DNA from: a virus
Lineage: Duplodnaviria; Caudoviricetes
Virus record (IMG/VR): IMGVR_UViG_3300048672_000363
Location: 1-59,518 of that record
DNA length: 59,518 bases
Reading direction: 5' to 3' (one strand)
Below the pieces are notes generated by a model that saw only the letters and a list, made by a program, of their open reading frames with translations, was not told the origin of the DNA and made no database searches. Of this stretch, positions 25,870 to 37,800 are shown piece after piece (within the stretch, counting starts at the first letter, position 1; the number at the start of each line of letters is the position of its first letter). Position numbers and translations under genes: made by a program.

Positions 25870-28800
25870 ATGCCTACACCAGATATTGATTCGATTATTA
25901 ACGACTTCGACAATCTAGACAAGCCACAGCAATCACCCGCGCCTGTAGTAAATGGCAAGGGACTAAAACCAAAGAGCTCAGGGCTATACGAGTTCGGAAA
26001 GCAGCTAGTTGGTGGTGCTGTTAATGCAGTCCCTGAAATGGTTAGTGCCGCTGGCATGGGTTTGACGCGCTCTGCACTTGGCGAGGACAACGAGGCGTTT
26101 AGAGCTTTTGAGAGTGGACGCATTGCAGCAAAAGAGCGAGCAAAAGAATGGGCTCCTGATTTAGAAGGTCGCGGCGAAGTATCAAAGGCGTTTATCAATG
26201 CGGCGGGTGCGATTGCCCCATCTGTTGCGCCTTTAGTGGCACTTGCCAATCCTATGGCTGCGGCTGGTGGAAGTGGCTTATTGTTTGGTGCGCAAGCATA
26301 CGAAGACGCACGAGAAAAAGCATTAGCCGCTGGGTTATCTAAGGATGAAGCGCATTCCTTGGGGATGAAAGAGGCTGCAATTCAAGGCGGCGGCGAGGCG
26401 GTTGCAAATAGATTGACCGCTGGATTATTTGGCGCGGGCAAAAACGCGGCAGCAGCAGGGATGAGGGGGTTAATCGGAAAGGCTACCGAGCAAGGCGTAG
26501 CAAAGCAATTCCTGAAGGCAGCCGCAGAAGCAGCTATTGGTGAACCACTAACAGAAATCGCGCAGGACACCGGAACAGCCGCCGTTGAGCGTTCTTATGG
26601 TCTAAAGACTGACGATTACGGGAAAATCGCATACGACAGCGGTACAACCGCGCTTGCGATGACTGCAATCCTAGCCCCGTTTGGCTTGCGATCCCACTAC
26701 AAAAACTCGGCGCAAGCAAAGTCGGTTGACACGGCGTTAAGCGACCCGACAGCGGCAACACGCGAACAGCGCGAACAAGTAGTTAATGACCTGTACAGCA
26801 AAGGAAAAGAGCAAGGCGCGAAAGATGCTGACGCTTGGTACGTAGGCGCAATGCAAGACGTTGCGGAAAACAAACCAATCCGCCGAGACGTTGTTGCCCC
26901 TGTCGTCACCCCAGAAGCCGAAGCCGCCGCAAAAGAACAAGCCGCATTAGGATTGCCTACGCTCAAAGACAATCCAGCTTATGTGTTTTCTGATGGCTCT
27001 ATCGGGACACAAGCCGACATTGATAATGAAGTTGCAAAGGCTGCACCAGCAGAGCGTGAAGCCAAACGCGCCGAAATCATGGCGGGTGGGCGGTATGTTG
27101 ACGATGCGCTTAATGTCGTACCCGAAACAATTGACTACACCAAGCCAAGCAAAGAAAAAGCAGAACTTGGATTAGCTCCAAAGGGTGCAACAATCACCCC
27201 GCAACAGGTAGATATTCCTGTAATTCCATACGTTCAAACGCCCACGTTAGACGCTGTGCGCAAAGAAAATCCGTTCGCTGGCGCAACACCGCAAACGCCT
27301 CTATCCTTGGCAGCAAGTGCCGCACACGTTAGTGGGGCAATCGAACAAGCGGCTACCGCAGCAACCACCCCGACAAGTACCCCGACAAGTACCCCGACAA
27401 GTACCCCGACAAGTACCCCGCTAGTAGGTCGTGACGCGCAAGCAGCCGCCGCATACAAAGCCCAACAAGCCGCCGACAAAGCACAAGGTAAACAGTTCGC
27501 AGCAGACTTGCAAGCAGAACAACGCCGTGCCAAAGAAAAAGCAACGGTTGAGGCAATGCGTGCCAAAGCCGCACAAGCTAAAGCAGATAGAGCCGCAGCA
27601 GCACAAACACAGGCGACCAAAGCACAACAGACTGGTCAGCTTATCGCGCAAGAATTAGCCAAGCGCAAAGCCGCGAAAGAACAACCGCAACCGCAAGGCG
27701 AATTCATTGATCGTGAAGAACCAACCACCACAAACCCACAAGACCTAATCAAGCCAAAGAAAGGCGCGGTTCAACAGCCGCAGCTTTCAGCAAGCGAAAA
27801 CGAAGTAATCGCCAAGGTTCAAACACGCGCCGACCAATTGGGCGCGCAGGTTAAGCGTGTTGGTTCAACCAAACTATTTGGTTATTTTGTCGGGAAGAAG
27901 AACAAAGGCTATTTAAACAGCACAGAAAGTGCCGTGTATGCCAAACAATTAAAGGCTAACGACGAAGCCAATAATCAACCTATCGCAACACCTGCGCCCA
28001 CCGCTACGCCTGCCGTAGTAGATGAAGAGTACAGTCAACAGACATTCGTCAATAAGACGCGCATGACTGGAAGAATGGGCGAGCCTGACACGCACTTCAT
28101 TATTGTAAAAAAAGGAACTGGAGAGGCTGTTAGTGGCGAAATTGAAAATACACCGCGCAACATAAACGCGTTAAACGCTAAGAAGTTGAATCGTGAAAAA
28201 TACGAAGCTATATCATTAGAGGAACGCCAACAGAGAATGGCGAAAGAGATTGAAAGCGGGTCAACTGCATACTACACGAAGCCACCACAGGAAGCCGCAC
28301 AAGCCGCTGAACCAGTCGCGACCGTAGCAAAGCAAGCAGAGAAAGAAGCGGAAGCCTTGCCGATCCGTGACGTAAGGATTGGCGATGAGCTGTTGCTTGA
28401 CGGTGAGACATACAAAGTAACTGGAACAATTAAAGACGGGGTGAAAGCTGAAAGAGATTCAGGCGAGTATCAAACAACAGTACGCCTTGTGCATGGCGAT
28501 GACGTAATCCGCGCAAAGATTGCCGCAGAAAATTCCGCGCCAGTAGAGCAACCAGAAGCAAAAGCAGCGAAAGAATCTGGCAATGCAAACCTTCTCGAAG
28601 CCGCAAAGGAGATGGGAAACATTGAGTTTATTGGCTTTGGCGATAAGCAAAAGAAAGCAGAAGCAACACCAGCGTCAGCAATCGAATCAATTAAGGAATC
28701 GACTGAGCTTTCAAAAATTGAAAAGCTGCAAACAATCGCCGCCGTGAACAAGGGCGAGTTATCACCTTCCGATGTGCAGGGTATTATTGGAGAACAAAAT

Positions 28801-31800
28801 GCAAGCGATACACAAGCGGAATCTGTACCCAGCGGAACTAATCAAGCTGATCGAATCGGAGAGCGCGACGGGAATAAGTCGGGCGAACACTTGGATGCTG
28901 GGCTGGGAGAAGCGCGTCAAGGAACTGATCGCAGTGGGACAGTACGCGACAGCATTCAAGAACCAAGTGGAACAGGACAGGCAAGCGGACTTGCCGAATC
29001 TGAGTCACCTAACTCCACGGGAAAAACGGGAGATGCTGGGAATGACGGAAGAGTGTCCGATGCCGAGCTAAACCACGAAATAACCGAAGAGGACAGCGTA
29101 GGTAGTGGGACAAAAGACAAGAAGTTTAACGATAACATTGAGGCTATCAAGATACTCAAAGAGTTGGATGACGAAAACCGACCCGCTACACCAGCAGAGC
29201 GTAAGTCTTTGGCGAGATATGTTGGCTTTGGCGGGTACGCTTCGGCATTCGACTCGCAAAACAAAGCATTTGCGAAGCATTACCAAACACTCAAAGGCTT
29301 GTTAAACGACGACGAGTTTAAATCAGCCCGTGCGTCCGTCAATAACGCCTACTACACCAGCAAAACCATTGTTGATGCCATGTATAAAGCGGTTAGCGGC
29401 TTTGGTTTTAATGGTGGGCGCATCCTTGAGCCTTCTTTGGGGTCTGGAAACTTCTTTGGCATGATGCCAAGCACAATGCGCAATGCGTCAAACCTGCGCG
29501 GCGTAGAGCTTGACCTGTTGACCAGTAAGATAGCAAAAGCACTTTATCCTAAAGCTAATGTGGCAGTTGCTACAGGATTTCAGGAATACCAAGTGCCAAG
29601 CGGTCATTTTGATATGGCTATCGGCAATCCGCCTTTTGGCAATGAGAGCGTCCCAACCAGAGAAAAGACCGAGTATTCAGGTTTTAGTATTCACAACTAC
29701 TTTATTTCGCGCATGATAGACAAGGTGCGCGACGGCGGGATTGTTCCTGTTATCGTATCGCATAGCTTTATGGATTCCCTTGATCCAAAAGCGCGGCAAT
29801 ACATCGCAAGCAAAGCAAACCTCATCGGCGCGGTACGCTTGCCTAGTTCAGCTTTTAAAGAAAATGCTGGTACTGAGGTAATCACTGACATTCTTTTCTT
29901 CCAAAAGACCGCCACTCCTGAAAAGAACCCATCTTGGGTGAATTCTAGCGACATCTACCTAACAGAAGCAAAGACTGGCACAGAGCAGCGCGTCACTGAA
30001 AACACATACTTTGCCAAAAACCCACAAAACATCTTGGGCGAAAAGGGCTTGGCTAACTCTCAATTCGGCTTTAAGTACAACGTAAAATCAAACGGCGACC
30101 TCAATAAACAACTAGCATCGTTTATTGAGTCATTGCCTAAAAATATCTACACGCCCATTGAGCGCACAACAAGCGAGCTGGATAGCGTAGATAACACTAT
30201 TCCTGATGGCGTAAAGCAAGGTTCGTTCTATGTGGCAGAAGATGGGACTGTAAAGCAGCGAGGCGAAGATATTGCTGGTGAGAAAACAGCAACGTTATGG
30301 ACTCCAAAAAACGAAATGGCAGCGGATCGCATGAAGGGTATGATTCGGCTTCGTGAAAAACTGCGCACGTTAATGTCTTTAGAGCAAGATGCTAACGCGA
30401 GTGAAAAGCAAATTGAGCTTCATCGCCAGTTATTGAATACCTCCTATGACAACTTCAAGAAGAAATACGGCTTTGTAAATAGCCAACTAAATCGCATCCT
30501 GTTTATGGATGATACTGAGGCGGCATTATTGCAGTCCATAGAGTTCGACTATGACAAAGGCGTTTCAAAGGCTGTTGCGGCTTCACGCGGCACAGAAGAG
30601 CGCGCACCTTCTGCCACTAAGGCGGACATCATGCAACGCCGTGTCTTATTCCCTTACGCTCAAAGAACCAAAACAACTAATGCGAAGGATGCCCTGCTTG
30701 CATCATTGGATGAAAAAGGGCGTATTGATATTGATTACATGGCTGAACTTTACAACAAGCCGAAAGATGAGATCGTCAAAGAGCTTGGTGATTTGGTTTA
30801 TTTTGACCCTGCAACTGATGACTATGTTTCCAGCGATGAGTACCTATCAGGCGATGTTAAAAGCGCATTGGAACTTGCTAAGAAGTCTGCATTAGAAAAT
30901 CCTGCATACAACCGTAATGTGAAAGCACTGGAAAAGGTTATCCCGTCTGACAAGATTCCAAGCGAGATTCATGCGCCTATTGGTGCGGGGTGGATACCAA
31001 GCAAGGTTTATAGCGACTTTGTGAAGTCACTTATTGGCGGAAATCCAAAGGTTGACTATAACCATGTATCAGCAACAGGTGGGTGGGTTAATAGTGGAAT
31101 CTTGGGCAATGCTGATTCTGCAAAAATGAACACAGACTTTGGCACTGAAAAGATAAGTGCGTTTGATATTTTCAACTTGCTTATGGATGGCAAGTCCCCT
31201 GACTTGAAAAAAACAATAGGTAGCGGACAAGACAAACGCACTGTTTCTGACGTTGAAGGAACAGAGGCGGCGCGGGACAAAGCGAATAAAATTAAGGATG
31301 CGTGGAGTACATGGCTATGGCAGGACGGCGATAGATCAACGCAGTTGTCTGACATATTTAACGAAAAGTACAACCGCATCATTAACCGAAAATATGACGG
31401 GCAACACTTGGTACTTCATGGCGCATCGCCTGTTATCAAGATGTATAAACACCAAAAGAATGCGGTGTGGCGCATCGTGCAAGATGGCAAGACGTTATTG
31501 GATCATGTTGTAGGGGCTGGTAAAACTTTTGTTATGGTTGCCTCAGTCATGGAAAACAAACGGCTAGGAAAGGCGCGTAAGCAGCTCATAGTCGTGCCTA
31601 ATCACTTGACCATGCAGATACGCAGCGACTTTGCACGTCTTTACCCATCCGCTAATGTATTGGCGGCTACTCCAGAAGATTTTAGCAAAGATAACCGCGA
31701 GCGGATGTTTGCTAAAATTGCACTGGGTGATTACGACGCTGTGATTATCGGGCATTCTTCGTTGGCTAAAATCGGATTATCTGTAGAGATTCAAGAGCAG

Positions 31801-34800
31801 ATTTATGGCGAACAGCTAGACGAAATAACCGACGCTATTGAAGCCGCTAAACGCGCCAATGGTGATCGCGGGATTGTTGGCGCAATGGAAAAGATTAAAG
31901 CCAATTTGCAAACAAAAATGACCAAGCTGATTGATAAAATTGGCGAGAGCGACAAGGTTGTGACATTCAACGAGTTAGGTATTGACGGATTGTATGTAGA
32001 TGAAATGCACGAATTCAAAAACCTATTTTTTAGAACATCCATGAACCGCGTGGCAGGTTTAGGAAATCCAGAAGGATCGGGCAAGGCATTTGACCTGTTC
32101 GCTAAAATCACATGGCTGAATAAAACCTATAATGGCAAAGCTCCGTTAGTAGCTGCCACAGGAACGCCAGTGTCAAACTCATTGGCTGAAATGTACACCA
32201 TGCAGCGGTATATGCAGTACGACCACATGAAAGCACAAGGTACGCACTTGTTTGATGATTGGGCGCGTATGTTTGGCGAGGTTGAAACGCTTTACGAGGT
32301 GTCAACTTCTGGTGTTGGATATAGGCAGTCGCAACGGTTCTCTAAGTTCAAGAACCTACCTACGCTTATGGCTGACTACAACACATTCACCGATACAGTC
32401 ACGCTTGACGACCTGAAACAAAACTCAAAAGACGAAGGCAAGATTTTCCCTGTGCCAAAGATCGAAGGTGGAAAGCCGACAAACATTGTCGCAGAACGCT
32501 CACCAGACCAAGAGAGATACTTCGGCATTCCTTTTGTGGCACGGCTTGAGGATGACAACAGCATTATCTATAAAATAAACTACGAAAATGCAAAGGTAGA
32601 GCAAAGCAAAGACGGAAAGTGGATTTTAAGCGACGGACGCACATCGTCTTCCTACGAAACAAAAGAAGAGGCTGATGTTGCGCTGGTTGAAGGTGCGCTA
32701 ACGCCTGTTGTTGAGATCGACCCGAATACATTGCTTGGTAAATTTGCAAACCTAGCCGAGCTTACAAGGCAATCAAAAGGAAAGATTAACGCCCTTTCGC
32801 TTACCAGCCTAGCAAGCAAGGCGGGTTTGGATATGCGAATTATCGACCCTGCAATGCCTGACTTTGAGGGCAGCAAGATAAATAAAGCAATAGGTCAGCT
32901 CATGCGCCTATACAAGAGGTTTGATAAGGTAAAAGGCACTCAGATTGTATTTTGTGATTCATCCGTCCCACTATCAGCGCGTAAAGCAATGGGAGCTAAA
33001 GAGCGCAGGTTGTTTGTGCGTGATGACAACGGAGATATTATCCATAAAAAAGGCACTGTAAACACAATAGAAGGCTACGAGGGCTTTCCGTTCTATCTGG
33101 TAAAGACTGGTAAAGGCGAGAGCGCGAAGATTACCGCTTATGAGCCTGTGTCTGGTTCGGTATTGTTTAGTGGCGTAGATAGAAAAAGCGTCATGGAAAC
33201 TATTGATAACTCACTGACCAATGAAAGAATGCGCGAAAGATGGCTGGACATTAGAGGTCGCCGCCCAGCAATCACCGAAGAGGAATTGGCAGAATACCGC
33301 GAAGCCAAAGAGCTTGATGTAGCAGAAGACGGAAGCAACGAAATTAGCTTGGATGACGTAGAAGCGGTATCTGGCTCTAGCCAATTCTCAGTGTATGACG
33401 ATATGCGCGACAAGCTGATTGCGCAAGGTGTACCAGAAAACGAAATCGCTTTCATTCACGATTACGATACTCCAGCCAAAAAGGACGCGCTATTTAAAAG
33501 CATGAAGCGCGGCGGTGTGCGGTTCTTATTTGGATCAACTCCAAAACTAGGCGCGGGAACTAACGTGCAAGACCTTATCGTCGGTATTCATCATATAGAT
33601 GCGCCGTGGAGACCGTCCGACTTGGAGCAGCGCGAAGGGCGCGGCATACGTCAAGGGAATAAATTAGCCTATGATGAAAACGGCAAACCTATAGCTGGCT
33701 TTGAGTTGTTTATTGGGCGTTATGCAACATCACAAACTTATGACACTCGCCGTTGGCAGTTATTGCAACACAAGGCGACTGGAATTGAGCAACTGCGCAA
33801 GTATGATGGTCAGTTGGAGATTGACGACGTAGCTGGTGAAGCATCTAACAGTGCTGATATGAAAGCCGCAACGTCAGGTAATCCGTTGATACTTGAGGAA
33901 ACGCGCCTTAATAATGAGGTTAAACGCTTAGTATCATTGCAAAAAGCACACGCTGATAGTATGCAATCAATGCACCGCCAGTTGAATAACAACAAGGCAA
34001 TGGTTGACAAGATACTACCAAGGAATGCACAAGAGCTTACTGCAAACATTGCCGCGTCTGAGAAGCACCCAAAGAAAACAGGGAAGGATATAGCGCAGTT
34101 TTCAAGCGGAAGCAGCAAAGCTAAAACACGCGAAGCGGCAGAAAAGATCATCAAAGAGTTTGCATATAAACTACGCTTAGGTTCAATAATTTCATCAAAT
34201 GTTAATTATCGCGGGGTTGATTTCATTGTTGAAAGCCATAGAACAAGTGAGATAACTATTTCTGCTGGCGAAAATACGTTTGCAGTGTATGGCTTGAAAG
34301 ATGACATATCACCTAGTGGATTTATTACCCGCCTAGATAACTACATCGAAAGTATGGGAGCGCGTCTTTCTGCCGTTAATCGTGAAATTGAAAAGGCACA
34401 AGAAGAGATTAAAAGTGTGTCTAGCAGAATCAATGCGCCGTTTGAAGAGCTTGGGACACTGGAAAGAGCTAGATCAGCACACGCATGGACACGCCGCCGA
34501 CTGTTGAAATCAACTCAGCTAGATTCAATTCCTGTTAATGAGCGTCCAGCATTTGAGAGAGAGCAAGAATCGCGCAAGGCTGAATTAAGGAAGCGTGGTT
34601 TTGGTGCGGCTATTGATGAATTAGAAAAACAGTCTTCGCACGAAGGCGTTAAGTTTAGCAAAGGCGATACATCATCAAACAACCACACAATCCAATCCGC
34701 CACGTCATCCATTGAACAATCGGTAAGCGGCATTGAAGGCGGCGCGGTTAATGCCATGCTGCAATCAGGCAAGCTAAAGGTAATCAGCCGTGCAAAGTCT

Positions 34801-37800
34801 CGCTTGATGATCGGCGCGAACCGTTCAATCAGCGACGCAATGATTAAGCAGGGCGTTAAAACTGGGATGTGGAACAGGGTTCAAGGGTTCTACAATCCAA
34901 CTGACGGCATAACCTATGTGGTATCTGAAAACATCCCAAAGAATTACACCGCCCAACAGTGGCGCGGCTTGCTTCGCCATGAGATAGCTGTTCACGCTTA
35001 CTACTTAGGCAAAGATAACGCTGAATTCGCGGGTGTGTTGCGTCAAGTCAAGTCATTGCGCAAGATTGATAGCCGCGTAAATGCCGCGTATGTGCGCGCA
35101 GAAATGGCTAAGACATCCGCCGATATGATGGATGAAGAGGCTCTAGCCTACTTGGTTCAACACAATAAAGACCTGCCACTGGTTAAGCGCGTGTTCGCAT
35201 GGTTCAAAAACGCATTGCGCGAACTTGGCTTGAAACTTCCAGTAATGCAGCGCGCCCCGTTTATGAAGTGGGCGAATAGCTTGACAGTGGATGACTTGCA
35301 ATTTATGGCGGAACAGGCGATGAGCGGCGGGCAGTTTAATCCAGATGGCGAGGTTGCATTCTCACAAGCCACTGATGAAGAGGTGCGGGAAACCGAAGTC
35401 CCAAAAGAAACACGTCCGCAAATCGCGCAACGCGTCGTACAGGACAAGATGAACCGCTTCCGCACCATCGCCGAATGGGCGAAGACGCAAGGAAAAGAAA
35501 TATCCGAAGCGGCTAATGTGTGGCTACATGAAGGCAACATGGCGGCGAAGATTGCTAACCGTCAGGAAGACTTCAATACCAAGGTACAAGAGCCGTTAAT
35601 CGCACGGATGCAAAAGGCTGGATATACCCAAGCACAGGTTGAAGAGTTCATGCTGGCACAGCATACCGCCGAGGCGAACAAACGCGCCCGTTTAATCCAC
35701 CGCGACCCAAACAAAACAGCGTTTGGAGTGACCGATGAAGAAGCCGCCGAAGTGTTAGCGGAATATGCCAAGACTGCGAACTTCAAAGAGCTTGAAAGTA
35801 TCGCGGCGGACACGCGCAAGATTACCAAGGAAACACAACGCATTCAGTTGAAATTCGGCTTGAAGTCGCAGGAAGAAATTGACGCACAGAATGCTACCTA
35901 TGAATTCTATGTGCCAGTGAAGGGCGACGGAAAGGACAACGCAAGCGGCACAGGTAAAGGATTGTCGGTCAATGCCAAGGATAAACGCCGCATGGGTCAT
36001 GGCTTGCGCGATGAGTATGTGCTAGAGAACATTTTTCGCGACCACATGAGAGCGATCTCACTTTCTGAAAAAAACGTAATCAGCGGCATCGTGGCGCAGT
36101 TCCTGAATGAAATCGGTGATGCGCGTATCGGCACAGTCGGTCAGCCCGTCAAAAAGCAAGTCTTTGTTGATGGCGCGACGCATTACATGGTGACATACCA
36201 CGGAAGCGACGTAAACGGCTTTGCTAACCTCAAGGATGCGCGGCAATACATTGAGCTGGAATCTGCGCGTTACGGTCGTGGCAAGGCTGATTTTTCAATC
36301 CAGACCACTAAGGATGCTGGGCGCGTGCGGCTGGTTGCCTCGCCCATGCTTGCAGAAAACGAGATCATCTACTACCAAGACGGTAAGGAGGTGCGCATCC
36401 AGTTGAACGACGCTACCCTAGCCCGTGCCGCGACTAACCTTGGCGTGGAACATTTAGGCTTGTTGCTGTCAGGGGCGAAGCGCGTAAACCGCTTTTTGTC
36501 CATCGCTTACACTGGCTGGAATCCTGAATTCGCACTAAAGAACCTGACACGCGACTTTATTGCTGGGGCGATTAACCTTGCGGGTGATTACGGCGTAGGT
36601 ATGACCGCCAAGATTTACGGCAACTACGGCAAGGCATTCAAGGAGCTGATTAAGCACATAGGCGATCCGTCAAAATCCGAACTGCTGACCAACTACCGCG
36701 CAGATGGCGGGAACACGGGCGGCGCATGGTTGCCAGACATCGAACGAATCAGCACCGAGTTTCAAGCCAAGTACAACGAGTTCGCGGGGTTTATGGCTAC
36801 ACATCAAAACGTGTACGAACGTGCCATTGATGAAGGCAAAAGCAAGACCGTTGCTGAATTGAAAGCATACGCGGCGGCATCGGCGGCACAGGCTAAACGA
36901 CTTCCTGTTATCGGTCACTTCCTGAAATTGATGGAAAAGGTAAACGCGGTGACGGAAAATTCACTACGCCTAGCCACATACATGACGTTGCGCGAGAATG
37001 GCTTTAGCCGTGCCGAATCTGCCAAAGCAGCCAAGCAATCCACGGTGAACTTTAACCGCAAGGGTGAGATAGGCGCACAAGCGGGTGCGTTGTATCTGTT
37101 CTTTAACCCTTCCGTTCAAGGCACAGCACGGGTATTTGAAACGCTTGCAACCTCGAAACACAAAGGACAGGCACAGGCTTTAGTCGGCATGATGGCTTTG
37201 TCCGCATTCGCACTTGCCGAGGCTATGCGCGGTGGCGACGATGACGACGAGGACAAGTGGAAAAAAATACCTGACGGCATCAAGGATAGAAATCTGGTAT
37301 TTAAGTTTGGCGATACCGAGTTTATGATCCCTATTCCTTATGGCTACGGCGTAGCGCACACCCTTGGAAATGTGTTGTCTGACGTAATGCACGGGGAGAA
37401 CAAGTGGAAAGCAAGCATCCGCATGACGGACGCTATTCTTGGCAACTTCTCGCCAGTTGGCAATCCATTTGAAGGCGGTGAAGCTACGCCAACCAACCTA
37501 ATGCCGACGCTTTCAAAAATGGCAACTGCGCCAGAAATGAACAAGAACAACTTCGGCAATCCTATTCAGCCCGACAAGTTCAACGAGTTCGCGCCCGATA
37601 GTTGGAATATGTACCGAAAGACAAAAGGCACGTTGTACGCTGACGTGGCGGCTGGAATGAACGCCATGACGGGCGGGTCGAGCTACGAAAAAGGCAAGAT
37701 TGATATTTCCCCCGAAGTGCTGCGCTTTTGGGTGGAATCATTGACGGGCGGCACAGGGCGGTTCTTTGCTGACACGTTAAGCCTTGGCAGTGTGGCATTA

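Noticed and set aside
26981-36406. Other same-strand alternative-frame ORFs in the giant gene (26981, 27431, 29105, 30551, 31253, 36221)
   Set aside because: No convincing SD, R/K/P/S-biased frame-shadow composition, and most overlap constrained domains, unlike 28799-29071.
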